Below are positions 15,838-24,889 of a stretch of DNA of 32,000 nucleotides, piece by piece (the stretch's first letter is position 1; the number at the start of each line of letters is the position of its first letter). A program made the translations under genes and the position numbers. The DNA comes from Nostoc punctiforme PCC 73102 (GTDB lineage Bacteria > Cyanobacteriota > Cyanobacteriia > Cyanobacteriales > Nostocaceae): positions 30,001 to 62,000 of the forward strand of contig NC_010633.1 of the NCBI RefSeq assembly GCF_000020025.1, written 5' to 3'. The notes below the pieces were generated by a model that saw only the letters and a list, made by a program, of their open reading frames with translations, made no database searches and was not told the DNA's origin.

Positions 15838-18800
15838 TTAAAAGTCTAGCAAATCCACAATTGTCTTGACCAATATCTCTGGTTCCACAGGTTTTGTAAT
15901 GTGGCCTTGGAACCCTGACTGAAGCGCTTTTTGCCGATCAAAGTCCCTCGCATAAGCGGTCACGGCGATCGCTCGAATTGTTCCTCCTTGATGGGGTGGG
16001 CGGGAGCGAATTTGCCGTATCAGCATATAACCGTCCATCTCAGGCATACCGACATCGCTGACCAGGAGATCAGGAATGAATCGATCTAGCACTTGCAATG
16101 CCTCCAAGCCAGAAGCAACAGCAATTACCCTCGCTCCACTTTGCTCCAGCAAAAATGCTTGAAACTCGCGGGTATCCGTATCATCATCCACCAGTAGAAT
16201 TTGCAGATTACTTAAAGGATTTTTCGTCTTTTCTGCTTTAGCCTGAACAAGTTCAGCTATAGTCGGGATTGTCTGCTGAATGACGGGCAGTTGTACCGTA
16301 AAGATCGCGCCTCGATCTTCACCTAAACTCTCTGCCTTGACCGTTCCCCCATGCATTTCTACAATTTGTCGCACAATCGCCAGCCCTAACCCTAATCCAC
16401 CGAATTTACGGGTTGTGGTGGAATCTGCTTGACGGAAATACTCAAACACATACGGTAGGAACTGCGGATCGATTCCTTTTCCGGTGTCACTCACCCGAAT
16501 CTGAGCCAATTGATCGAGTTGTTTCAGTTCAACGATGACTTGTCCACCTCGAGGAGTGAATTTGACGGCATTGGTAAGTAAGTTCCACACAACCTGCTGT
16601 AAGCGGTTCGCATCGCCCGAGACATAGGATACTGTCGTGCTAAGGTCAAGCAATATCTGAATGTTTTTGGCTTCTGCTGCCAAACGCACCGTTTCGATTG
16701 CCGCAGAAATCACAAAGGTCAAGCTAATGGGAGCCGCTGTTAAAGTCAGCTTGCCCTGCATGATGCGGGAAATATCGAGCAGGTCTTCGATCAGTTGCGA
16801 TTGTAGTTTGGCGTTGCGCTCGATCGTTTTCAAAGCTTCAGTTTGCCGAGGTAGATCGAGTTTGCCGTTTTGTAGCAACCGTATCCAACCCAAAATCGGG
16901 TTCAAGGGCGATCGCAACTCGTGCGAGAGTACTGCCAAAAACTCATCCTTGATCCGGTTGGCGCGGTCGGCTTCCGCTCGGGCGGCTTGTTCGCGGACAA
17001 GGAGTTGTTCCCGTTCCGCCTCAATGCGTTTTTGCTCAGTGATATTGAGTACAGTGCCAACAAAACGTTGTGGGTTCCCACCTGCATCAAAGTAAGCCTG
17101 TCCTCTTGCTGCAATCCACCGTTCCACCCCATCCTCAATCCCAATCGTCCGATATTCTACGTCATACTTGCCGCTGCTTGCTGGGTTCAAAGTCCATTGT
17201 ACTGCCTGTTCTAGTCGTTGGCGATCGTTAGGGTGCAGCCCTGCAAAAAAGACCTCAATGCTGCTTTCGGCTTGTGGTAGTAACCCAAACATGGCTTTAC
17301 AACCCTCATCCCAAATCAATTGATTGGCGATCAGATTCCAGTCCCAGGTGCCTAATTGGGCGGACTCGATCGCCATGCGAAAGCGGTTTTCACTGTCGCG
17401 CAAGGCTGCTTGGGTCTGCCGTTGCTCAATCAGGTCAGCAGCTTGACGAGCGAGTAAATCGAGAAACCGCAACTCGCGATCGCTGGGTTGGCGGTACTCT
17501 TGCCAATGCGTGGAAACCATGCCAATCGGTTTACCAGAACGGGCGATCAGCGGGGTGGACTGCCCAAAGAAGTATCCAGCCTCCACATGTATTCGCAATG
17601 AACCATCAGGGTCTTCGCTCTCCGGCACATCAAAGTCAATGAAGGTGCGATTGCCATTTTTGAGGGCGATGCCGCAAGACGTGTTAGAACTGGCATTCAC
17701 GCGGTGAAAATACTCAGTCAGGTTTGGCTCAAATCCCTGCGTGGCAAGCAGCACCAAGTCTTGTGTTGCGGTATCGAGAATTTGCACAGTTCCGGCATCT
17801 GCCCCTGTAAGCACGATAGCGGTTGCCATAATCTCGTCATAAAGTACCTGAATATCGGTTTCGTTAGTGAGTTGCACGCTTAGGCCATGCAACAGTTGTG
17901 TATCTCGAAGGTCGGCTGCAATGGCTGCTTCTGCCTGTTTATGATCGGTAATATCGGCAAGCGCACCGGGAAACGCAATCGAGTTGCCTGCGGCATCATA
18001 TTCAACCTGCCCGCGTGCAGTGAGCCAACGCTCCTCGCCAGTGGCAGTATGAACGCGGTATTCAGCCGTATACTCCTCTCCCGTCTCGATCGCCTGCTGG
18101 ATGGCGGCTGAAACGCGAGGACGGTCTGACTCATGTATCGAGTTGATAAAGAACTCGATTGGCAACCCTGCCGTCGTTGCGTCTGCTGGGTCTACGTTAA
18201 ACAGGTGAGCGAAGGCAGCATTGACAACAACGCGATCGGCCGGAATGTTCCAACGCCAGGTGTAGACTGATCCTGCCGCTAAAGCAGACTCCAACTGCAC
18301 ATGGGCTGATCGCAGCACCAGTTCTGCTTGCAGGCGTTCGGCTTCTGCTTGTTTAAAATCGGTAATATCTCGTGAAATTGCCACCAGTTGCACAACCTGT
18401 CCAGACGCATCTCGCACAGGTGTGATCCGGCTATCCCACCACTTCGGTGTGCCCTTGGCAGTCACGAGATAACCTTGGAATTGTCCGATGTTGCCCAGGG
18501 TGGCAGCCGCTAAAGCAGCTTGGGCATTCTCGTAATCTTCGCCCTGCCAGCGATCAACCCAAATTGTATTCAAGATAGAAGTCGGATCATCGATTTCCAA
18601 GAGACACAGCCCACCGGGACTGATGTAGACGATTTCGCTGTTCAACGTTAAAACTTTGATGCAGTCTCTACTGCTGTCCAGAATGCGTTGCTTTAGCTCC
18701 TCAGATTCGCGTAGGGTAATTTCTGTTTGCTGACGCTCTAGTTCTATCGCAATGCGATCGGCGAAGACTGTTAGCAACGATTCTGCTAGATGCACATTCT

Positions 18801-19731
18801 CTAGTGGCTGACCATGCATTACCCCTAACAACCCTAACGGTGTGCCGTTCGAGTCAAAGAAGGGAGTCGCTACATAACTTTCGATCGCAAGCGGTTTAAG
18901 CAAGGGCGCATTCGGAAATTGAGCTTGCACATTGCGCGGGTAGCAGCAAACTTTTCGCTGCTCAAGCACTTCCCAGCATGGCGTATCTTGCAAGAGATAT
19001 TCAAAGTTTTCGACGATTCGACCGTGAGCGCAGGTGGCGATCGTTCTCAGCCGTTTGGGGTCATCACTCTCGACCAAGCCAATGTAGACATAATCGGTGT
19101 CTAAAACATTGGCAAAGTGCTGTACCAATGCATCAAAAAAAGCGCCACCCGTTACTGTCGCTACGCCTTGCGTGATTTCCAACAGCGCCGCATCGACTTG
19201 AGCAATTTTGTGAGATGCCAATCTCAGTTCCAGTTCATCGACCACTATTGCTGCCAGATCCACCAGAGTGGCTTGCTGCTCTACGCTCAAAGGGTCGTGG
19301 GGCTGACTGTCGAGCAGACACAATGTTCCCAGATTGAAGCCATCCTGACTGAGCAGGGGCGCACCCGCATAAAACCGTACTCCCGGTTCACTCTGCACAA
19401 ACGGATTGCAGGCAAAGCGATCGTCGAGTCGAGCATCAGGAATAATCAGCGGCTCGTCTGTTAACACCGCAAAGTTGCAAAGTGTATCATCACGCGGCAC
19501 TTCGCGGGCATCAAAACCAACGCAGGACTTGAACCAGGCTCTTGACTCATCAACCAGAGAAATTAGCACGGTCGGCATATTAAACAGCCGTGCTGCCAAC
19601 CTAGTAATGCGATCAAATGCTACTTCAGGAGGGGTATCAAGAACCCTGTAGCGATGCAGCGCGGACAACCTCTGTGTCTCGTTTGCAGTCATAGACTTAA
19701 TTAATCGCTTTTGCGGCAATGCCTCAGACAT
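15838..19731 (-). CDS. Multi-sensor hybrid histidine kinase (GAF/PAS arrays + HisKA + HATPase + receiver)
   Basis: 1297 aa. The H-box is FLAVLSHELRSPLN. ATP-lid motifs are DTGKGI and GGLGLGLAI. The C-terminal receiver reads ILLVDDD...SDVGMPEMDG...K. The N-terminal two-thirds has repeated GAF-like and PAS-like modules (e.g. ...ERW..ARG....D..GN). An alternative start is M14 (MTANETQRL...). Confidence 0.9.
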   Translation of the reverse strand: MSEALPQKRLIKSMTANETQRLSALHRYRVLDTPPEVAFDRITRLAARLFNMPTVLISLVDESRAWFKSCVGFDAREVPRDDTLCNFAVLTDEPLIIPDARLDDRFACNPFVQSEPGVRFYAGAPLLSQDGFNLGTLCLLDSQPHDPLSVEQQATLVDLAAIVVDELELRLASHKIAQVDAALLEITQGVATVTGGAFFDALVQHFANVLDTDYVYIGLVESDDPKRLRTIATCAHGRIVENFEYLLQDTPCWEVLEQRKVCCYPRNVQAQFPNAPLLKPLAIESYVATPFFDSNGTPLGLLGVMHGQPLENVHLAESLLTVFADRIAIELERQQTEITLRESEELKQRILDSSRDCIKVLTLNSEIVYISPGGLCLLEIDDPTSILNTIWVDRWQGEDYENAQAALAAATLGNIGQFQGYLVTAKGTPKWWDSRITPVRDASGQVVQLVAISRDITDFKQAEAERLQAELVLRSAHVQLESALAAGSVYTWRWNIPADRVVVNAAFAHLFNVDPADATTAGLPIEFFINSIHESDRPRVSAAIQQAIETGEEYTAEYRVHTATGEERWLTARGQVEYDAAGNSIAFPGALADITDHKQAEAAIAADLRDTQLLHGLSVQLTNETDIQVLYDEIMATAIVLTGADAGTVQILDTATQDLVLLATQGFEPNLTEYFHRVNASSNTSCGIALKNGNRTFIDFDVPESEDPDGSLRIHVEAGYFFGQSTPLIARSGKPIGMVSTHWQEYRQPSDRELRFLDLLARQAADLIEQRQTQAALRDSENRFRMAIESAQLGTWDWNLIANQLIWDEGCKAMFGLLPQAESSIEVFFAGLHPNDRQRLEQAVQWTLNPASSGKYDVEYRTIGIEDGVERWIAARGQAYFDAGGNPQRFVGTVLNITEQKRIEAEREQLLVREQAARAEADRANRIKDEFLAVLSHELRSPLNPILGWIRLLQNGKLDLPRQTEALKTIERNAKLQSQLIEDLLDISRIMQGKLTLTAAPISLTFVISAAIETVRLAAEAKNIQILLDLSTTVSYVSGDANRLQQVVWNLLTNAVKFTPRGGQVIVELKQLDQLAQIRVSDTGKGIDPQFLPYVFEYFRQADSTTTRKFGGLGLGLAIVRQIVEMHGGTVKAESLGEDRGAIFTVQLPVIQQTIPTIAELVQAKAEKTKNPLSNLQILLVDDDTDTREFQAFLLEQSGARVIAVASGLEALQVLDRFIPDLLVSDVGMPEMDGYMLIRQIRSRPPHQGGTIRAIAVTAYARDFDRQKALQSGFQGHITKPVEPEILVKTIVDLLDF

Positions 19732-19947
19732 ATTTTAATGAAGGCGCTGTATCTGGCGTTTAGTAGTGGAGTTTCTTCTCCTACCCAAACTAATCACAAA
19801 GGTTTAGACACTCTCATGTTACCTTGCTCGTCGAGACTTCAACTCTGATGAGTAACCGAAAAACCTATAGCCGCTTTACGGAAGTGTAAATCTTTCCACA
19901 AGCTCACACGACAGCTTGTAAATAAATGTTTAACTCAGTGGAAAATT

Positions 19948-20142
19948 ATGAATAATATTAACCAAATCATTTTAGAACATCTGCGTTCTGGGGGAAAAAC
20001 TTCTGGAGAATTGAAAGATTTGTCTAATTGTAGTTACAGCGTCCTCGACGAGGCTTTGCGCGAACTGATTAATGCTTAAGAGATTGAACTAGGATGGAGT
20101 AACGATGATTGCCCTGTGAGAATTTACCAACTCAAGCGCTAA
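19948..20142 (+). pseudogene. Small winged-helix-like ORF interrupted by an in-frame TAA
   Basis: The translation is MNNINQIILEHLRSGGKTSGELKDLSNCSYSVLDEALRELINA, then TAA at 20077-20079. The same frame continues EIELGWSNDDCPVRIYQLKR* to 20142. Confidence 0.3.
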
Positions 20143-20330
20143 TATTGATGATTTTCTAAAGGGATTTCTCACAGCGAAGCTGCCAATAGAAAACCCTGGA
20201 AAGATGCTAACTCTATCGAGATTGCAATTTATCCGGGGTTGTAAAGTATCTATTTATGTCTCATCAAAACGTAAACTTATCAAGGATTTAAGTCGGCTAG
20301 GTGATTATTGTAGAATTTTCTAATTTGAAG

Positions 20331-20633
20331 TCAAGCACTGTCTTGCCATTCGTTCTTAGAAATAGTTAATTCTTTTGGCTGACACTGTAAAATCTGGAAC
20401 CGAATTTCTTGATTACCCTCCTGTTCTAGATCCTCTATATAGCCAGGTAGGAACCAGTAAGCCTCCTTTGGACTAATAAAAGGGCCAAAGTAGTAAGTAC
20501 AGTTAGGATGATTAGTGATAATTTCTATCCACCAAGCAAATTCAGACGGTTCCTGTTTTAAATTATGTGTCAATTTCATAGCAACCTTTGCAAGTTCAAG
20601 ATATGAGATTTGACTGATAATGGTTTCAGACAT
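20331..20633 (-). CDS. DUF1816-like cyanobacterial protein
   Basis: 100 aa. The core WWIEIITNHPNCTYYFGPFISPKEAYWFLPGYIEDLEQEGNQEI matches my recollection of the DUF1816 signature (WW.EI.T..P.C.YYFGPF....EA.....GY.EDL..EG). Confidence 0.7.
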   Translation of the reverse strand: MSETIISQISYLELAKVAMKLTHNLKQEPSEFAWWIEIITNHPNCTYYFGPFISPKEAYWFLPGYIEDLEQEGNQEIRFQILQCQPKELTISKNEWQDSA

Positions 20634-20959
20634 TTCCAGGCAATCAAAAGCTTCGGCAAGGGCTAAATCCTAAGTTCTCAAGAAATTTAGAAAAATTAAG
20701 CTCCTCTTGTGAGTTTTACAGGTTTTGTGCTAATTTACTTATCTTGTCAGATACTAGAGTAAATATACTTAGCTTCTCAAAACAAATAATTATTAAAGTT
20801 GTTCCACCAAACAGTAACTCAAGCAACTCTTAACTTCTGAGGCGGCGAAGCAGAGTGTCTGCCTCTGCCTGCAACAAATTGGTTGGCTCGACAAGTGGAT
20901 TTATAGCAGTGGCAGACACCAACTATTTGAGCTTTCTAGGTTTTGAGTTGTGCCATCGC

Positions 20960-23413
20960 CTAGAGAGAGATTCCTTTATCTTGTCTTCTTAATTGTTGTT
21001 CTGCTGATGATCTTATTTGTTGCAATACGCGCTCTGCCTCTTGCCAAAAAATTATATCTCCTGTTTCTACTGACCCCACATTAATCGGTGAATACTCAAG
21101 CTCACCTGACGAGTTTCGGTTGACTGCCACTCGAAAACTCTCACCTCGTTCATCATGGGTAAATACCAGTTCTCTACCCTGCTTCTCTAGAGTGGCACGT
21201 TTGAATCTAAGGCTATTTGAGCCAGTTTCTCTTAACTTCCAGTTGATTAATTCAACAGCAATAGGCACAGCCATCGCTAAAAATTCCGATTCAATACGCT
21301 GTTTTTCATCGAGTGACTGTTCTGGTTCTGACTTTTGAGTTGCCAGTTGATTGCTAGCGATAAGTACCAATTCTCTAGCTTCATCTTGTGTCCATCCGGC
21401 TGGACTGGCTTGGAGAATTTCTTCAACTTCACCGACTGGCTTATCATCTTTGAGCGCCCTCATTGCAATTTCTTTGTCTCGGTCAGTCACTAATAAGTTT
21501 TGCAATTCGGTGCTGTAATATTTGTATAATTCTGCTCTTTGTTCCTCTTTAAATTTTGGTTTATCTGTGGTTGGAATTTGAGCTTTATTAAGAGCGTTCG
21601 CATCCACTGTTCTTTGTTCACTGTGGAGTTGCTCTAAATAAACAATCACTGTTTCCAGTCCGTCGAATGTGGTTATTCCGGCTTGTAGCTGCTGCTGATA
21701 CGCGGACAATTGCTCTGTTAATCCTAATACTGTTTGGGTTAAAGCAGACTCGATAGCTGATTGGTCAATATAATCAGAGATTGATAAAATGGCTCTTTTT
21801 TCTGCATGAGATTGCAACTCAGCCGTTAACGCTGTTTCAAAGTCATTGAATGCAATTTTTGAAGCTTTTAACTGCTGCCAATACCCGAACAGTTGTTCTT
21901 TTAATTGTGGTAACGCCTCAACCAAGGCTGATTCAACTACTGACTGTTCAATAAAATCAGCAACTGCATCCACAGCTTTTTGTGATGAAAGTCGTTGCTC
22001 AAGTTCAGTAATCGCCACTAATAGATCGTCGAATGTAGTTTTATTATTAGCTAGCTGCTGGTGATATTGAGAGAGTTGTTCTGTTAATTCTGGTAAGGTT
22101 TCACTTGAGGTTGACTCAACTACTGACTGTTCAATAAAGTCAGCAATTGCATCCACTATTCTTTGTGATCTAAGTTGCTCTTCTTCAGCAATCGTCGCTA
22201 ATAGCTCGTCGAATGCGGTTCTACCTGCTTCGCTCTGCTGCCGATATTGAGAGAGTTGTTCTGTTAATTGTGGCAACGTTTCAATCAAGGCTGACTCAAC
22301 TACTGACTGTTCAATAAAGTCAGAGATTGAATTGATGAGTTGTGAGTTGGCTTGTTGTTCAGTATCTGATTGAGTTGGGGTTAGCTGGGATATAGTTTCG
22401 GCTAGAGTTGGAGTTTTAACAGGTAATATTTTCGTTACTAGTTGCTGATTAACTTGGTTATTAGCTACAGATTCTAAGAAATTATTTAACTGTTTAATTT
22501 CGCCATCGTCCCTTTTTGGGTCGTAACTTATCCCTAATTCGGTCTGGAGCTTCGTAAAGGAACACTTATATTTATTGAGATTACCTCCCTGTTTCCAGAG
22601 TAGACGAGGGCTACCATCTTCATTAACTGAGCCGACATCAATGCCAAACTTGATGCCCCTTACCCCGCCGTGATCGTAATAACTGACGATAGCTTTAACT
22701 TGATGCTCTCTCCATAAATGCTCAATTAGCTGGGGCATTGTGGGTTTATTCACTGCAACTTGTTCAATCGCTCGGCGCATTATTTCTTCGCCTGGAAGTC
22801 CATCGTGTTCGACTCGTTCCAATTGATTACGAGTCATAGCTTTCTGCTTACTCTCCCAACTACTCTGTACTTGGGTTAGTTTAAATTCTCGCTCTAGTAG
22901 TCGGGCAGAGTGTTCCGAGTAAGCGTAATTATTCCAGGTACGAATAGATTTGCCATCTAGGTTATTGACTCTAGATGCAACGATATGGGTGTGGTCGTGT
23001 TCTTTATCGGAGTGCCGCGCTATGAAGAAGTCATAAGCTGGTAGTTCTGTCTCAATAAATTCATCAACTAGCTGTTTTAGTTTGGTATCTGATATTCTTT
23101 TTTCTGGCTGTTTGACTTGGGATTCATCACCTTGAAGCCGTGATAGTACAATGACCGATGCCAAGTGACGTTGGGACAGATTAGCTAATACGTCATCATT
23201 TAGTGTTCTATCAGTCTGAGGTACACTAAGCATTAGGTGATAACATGGGTCTTTAAGTTGGGGGTTAAGGTGGGCTGATAGGGTAAACTGCTCGACCAGT
23301 TCATTGGTACTTTTACCATACATATTCCCGCCAATAATCTTAGCTTTCTCTTTCTCTAAGACGTATTTGGTAGTACCACGAAATGATTTATTAGCTTTCA
23401 CTTTGGTAATCAC
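20960..23413 (-). CDS. Relaxase / mobilisation nuclease (MobA/VirD2-type) with a long repeat-containing C-terminal extension
   Basis: The GTG start lies 4 nt after the mobC stop. The N-terminus MITKVKANKSFRGTTKYVLEK carries the candidate catalytic Tyr. The histidine triad is HSDKEHDHTHIVASRVN. The protein is 817 aa. Confidence 0.88.
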   Translation of the reverse strand: MITKVKANKSFRGTTKYVLEKEKAKIIGGNMYGKSTNELVEQFTLSAHLNPQLKDPCYHLMLSVPQTDRTLNDDVLANLSQRHLASVIVLSRLQGDESQVKQPEKRISDTKLKQLVDEFIETELPAYDFFIARHSDKEHDHTHIVASRVNNLDGKSIRTWNNYAYSEHSARLLEREFKLTQVQSSWESKQKAMTRNQLERVEHDGLPGEEIMRRAIEQVAVNKPTMPQLIEHLWREHQVKAIVSYYDHGGVRGIKFGIDVGSVNEDGSPRLLWKQGGNLNKYKCSFTKLQTELGISYDPKRDDGEIKQLNNFLESVANNQVNQQLVTKILPVKTPTLAETISQLTPTQSDTEQQANSQLINSISDFIEQSVVESALIETLPQLTEQLSQYRQQSEAGRTAFDELLATIAEEEQLRSQRIVDAIADFIEQSVVESTSSETLPELTEQLSQYHQQLANNKTTFDDLLVAITELEQRLSSQKAVDAVADFIEQSVVESALVEALPQLKEQLFGYWQQLKASKIAFNDFETALTAELQSHAEKRAILSISDYIDQSAIESALTQTVLGLTEQLSAYQQQLQAGITTFDGLETVIVYLEQLHSEQRTVDANALNKAQIPTTDKPKFKEEQRAELYKYYSTELQNLLVTDRDKEIAMRALKDDKPVGEVEEILQASPAGWTQDEARELVLIASNQLATQKSEPEQSLDEKQRIESEFLAMAVPIAVELINWKLRETGSNSLRFKRATLEKQGRELVFTHDERGESFRVAVNRNSSGELEYSPINVGSVETGDIIFWQEAERVLQQIRSSAEQQLRRQDKGISL
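21600..22334 (-). repeat. Four tandem ~183-bp (61-aa) repeats inside the relaxase gene
   Basis: Protein units begin (S/A)DFIEQSVVES...LP.L.EQL..Y.QQ........F..L. On the + strand, the DNA word ACTGACTGTTCAATAAA[AG]TCAG recurs around 21940, 22120 and 22300, with a diverged copy near 21755. Confidence 0.8.
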
Positions 23414-23417
23414 TACG

Positions 23418-23843
23418 CTACCCCTCTACCGTAGATTGAGTAAGTGATTGGCGAGTCTGTTCTAAAAGTTCTGTCAGTTCCTCAATAGTTATCAGATATG
23501 ATTTCACCTCCACCGTCAACGGTTGGCTACCAATTTTCACAGCTTCGTTAATAGCTCTGGTCTGCTGATTCAGGTTGTTACCAATCTTCTTTAACTCGTA
23601 GATAGCCTGTCTATTCACTTCGGGAATGACTAACTTAGGATGTGGCAAAGGGTAATCAAATAATCTCGCTCTAATATAGTCACTTTGCACCACTCCACTG
23701 CAACGCTGTTCTAATCTAGCTTTCTCGGTAGAGCTTACCCTAAACGTGATGGTTATTTCTCGCTTCTCATCTGGTGCTACTGACCAATTACTTAATGTGT
23801 CAGCTAGTTGATTACTGAGATTGGTACGCGGGTCTGGCTGCAT
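23418..23843 (-). CDS. mobC: MobC-type relaxosome accessory protein
   Basis: 141 aa. It has an RHH-like segment (ITITFRVSSTEKARLEQ) and the characteristic ELKKIGNNLNQQTRAIN motif. It lies immediately upstream of the relaxase. Confidence 0.85.
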   Translation of the reverse strand: MQPDPRTNLSNQLADTLSNWSVAPDEKREITITFRVSSTEKARLEQRCSGVVQSDYIRARLFDYPLPHPKLVIPEVNRQAIYELKKIGNNLNQQTRAINEAVKIGSQPLTVEVKSYLITIEELTELLEQTRQSLTQSTVEG

Positions 23844-23883
23844 AACTGGTTAGGAGTTCATTTATCTGCTTATTCATTTTTCA

Positions 23884-23944
23884 CCGGGTTATTCGCTGTA
23901 GCTGCTATGGCGCGGAGCGCCGAGCAGGTAGGCGAATAACCCGG
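23884..23944. promoter_or_regulatory. Long-loop hairpin 41 bp upstream of mobC; candidate oriT or operator element
   Basis: CCGGGTTATTCGC (23884-23896) pairs with GCGAATAACCCGG (23932-23944). The 35-nt loop contains GGCGC-GGA-GCGCC. A structurally similar hairpin precedes the second relaxase at 29911-29967. Confidence 0.4.
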
Positions 23945-23960
23945 AACCTTTTCTCACTTA

Positions 23961-24235
23961 TTAACCCCTTGAAAAGACTTGTTTAAAGGGGGTTTGGGGG
24001 ACACCCCCAACAAGCAAACATGACGCTTTACCCGGAGGGTAAAGTAGCACGAAGTGCGTTACGGCGTATTGCTTGCCTATGCCCCCACGACGGGCTAGGG
24101 TAAACCAGAACCAGGGGGCACAACCGGAGGCTGGGGGAGTATGAGACTTTGGCGATCCACGAGTGGCTGTCTGCAATCACCTCGGTGTAAGCGAGGGCAT
24201 GGTCTATTGGGCAATGCTGGCCATACTAGTGATAC
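23961..24235. other. GC-rich, hairpin-dense non-coding block (ssDNA initiation / oriT-associated structure, or a structured RNA)
   Basis: Consecutive tight hairpins lie at 23965-23991 (CCCCTT/AAGGGG), 23994-24010 (TTGGGGG/CCCCCAA) and 24026-24044 (CTTTACCC/GGGTAAAG). Several shorter hairpins follow. The block is clearly more GC-rich than the flanking intergenic DNA. Confidence 0.35.
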
Positions 24236-24267
24236 AAAGGATGTTGATTCATGGGTAACTGCTTTTT

Positions 24268-24279
24268 TAGACTAGTCTA
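24268..24279. promoter_or_regulatory. Perfect 12-bp palindrome TAGACTAGTCTA upstream of the parA-like operon
   Basis: Exact palindrome about 115 bp upstream of the ATG at 24395. Its half-site TAGTCTA recurs in the motif cluster at 30680-30870. Confidence 0.4.
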
Positions 24280-24394
24280 CCTCACGAAGATACAAACCAT
24301 TTTTTGTTGATATTCGTCACATCACGACAAGAAACTTAAACTTTTTTTGACCACGAATTTTTTACAATGGAATAATTTATTACTAGTGCTGAAT

Positions 24395-24889
24395 ATGTCG
24401 CGCAAACCGAAAGCTGTCCCTCTATCAAAAATAGAAGATATTCAAATCAGTCTCAAACAGAAAGCCGCGACACCTAAAACTATCAGCGTGTCAGATTTAG
24501 TTCTCAGTTTGGCTAAACCTATTCAAGATATGTTGGATGCTGGCTACTCCTATGAAGATGTTTCTGATGTGTTTAAAGGTCATGGGGTAGAACTGGCGGC
24601 CAGTGGTCTGAAGAGTTTTCATAAAAAGGCAACAACAATAAATGATAATAATTCAAGTAATGAATCATCATCTAAAGCGGTTGATGAATCAGTTAATTCT
24701 GACTCCGAACCAGAATTAACTGATTCATCAACCTCAAATAATGACTTGGTTTTACCAGTAGAGCCAGATAGTTCACCACCTGATAGCAGTGAACCATCCG
24801 GCTCATCATCAACTAAAACTAGTAAACGAAAGAAAACAACTCCTAATACTTCTTCCCAATTTAATATCACTGATAGGAGTGAATTATGA
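24395..24889 (+). CDS. Small basic-N-terminus protein with a Ser/Asn/Asp/Pro-rich disordered tail (possible ParA partner or DNA-binding adaptor)
   Basis: The ORF-track start at 24347 is TTG, so the ATG at 24395 (MSRKPKAVPL...) is preferred. The stop overlaps the parA start (ATGA at 24886-24889). Confidence 0.6.
   Translation: MSRKPKAVPLSKIEDIQISLKQKAATPKTISVSDLVLSLAKPIQDMLDAGYSYEDVSDVFKGHGVELAASGLKSFHKKATTINDNNSSNESSSKAVDESVNSDSEPELTDSSTSNNDLVLPVEPDSSPPDSSEPSGSSSTKTSKRKKTTPNTSSQFNITDRSEL

Noticed and set aside
16661-19651. Numerous 60-144-aa ORFs on the + strand, plus nested - strand ORFs, inside the histidine-kinase gene (e.g. 16661..17095, 17274..17642, 19117..19464).
   Set aside because: All are antisense to, or out of frame with, a 1297-aa ORF that has clear kinase motifs. 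Their translations are Arg/Ser/Cys-rich and low-complexity, as expected from the opposite strand of a moderately GC-rich gene.
20855-20919. 9-bp inverted repeat GTGTCTGCC / GGCAGACAC with a 47-nt loop, downstream of the relaxase gene.
   Set aside because: The stem is short and the loop long, with no T-tract and no repetition elsewhere. It is compatible with chance or a weak terminator.
23961-24176. 71-aa minus-strand ORF in the mob/parA intergenic region.
   Set aside because: It coincides with the hairpin-dense GC-rich block. The peptide is Gly/Pro/Trp/Ala-rich and implausible, and there is no ribosome-binding site. The block is better explained as structured DNA or RNA.
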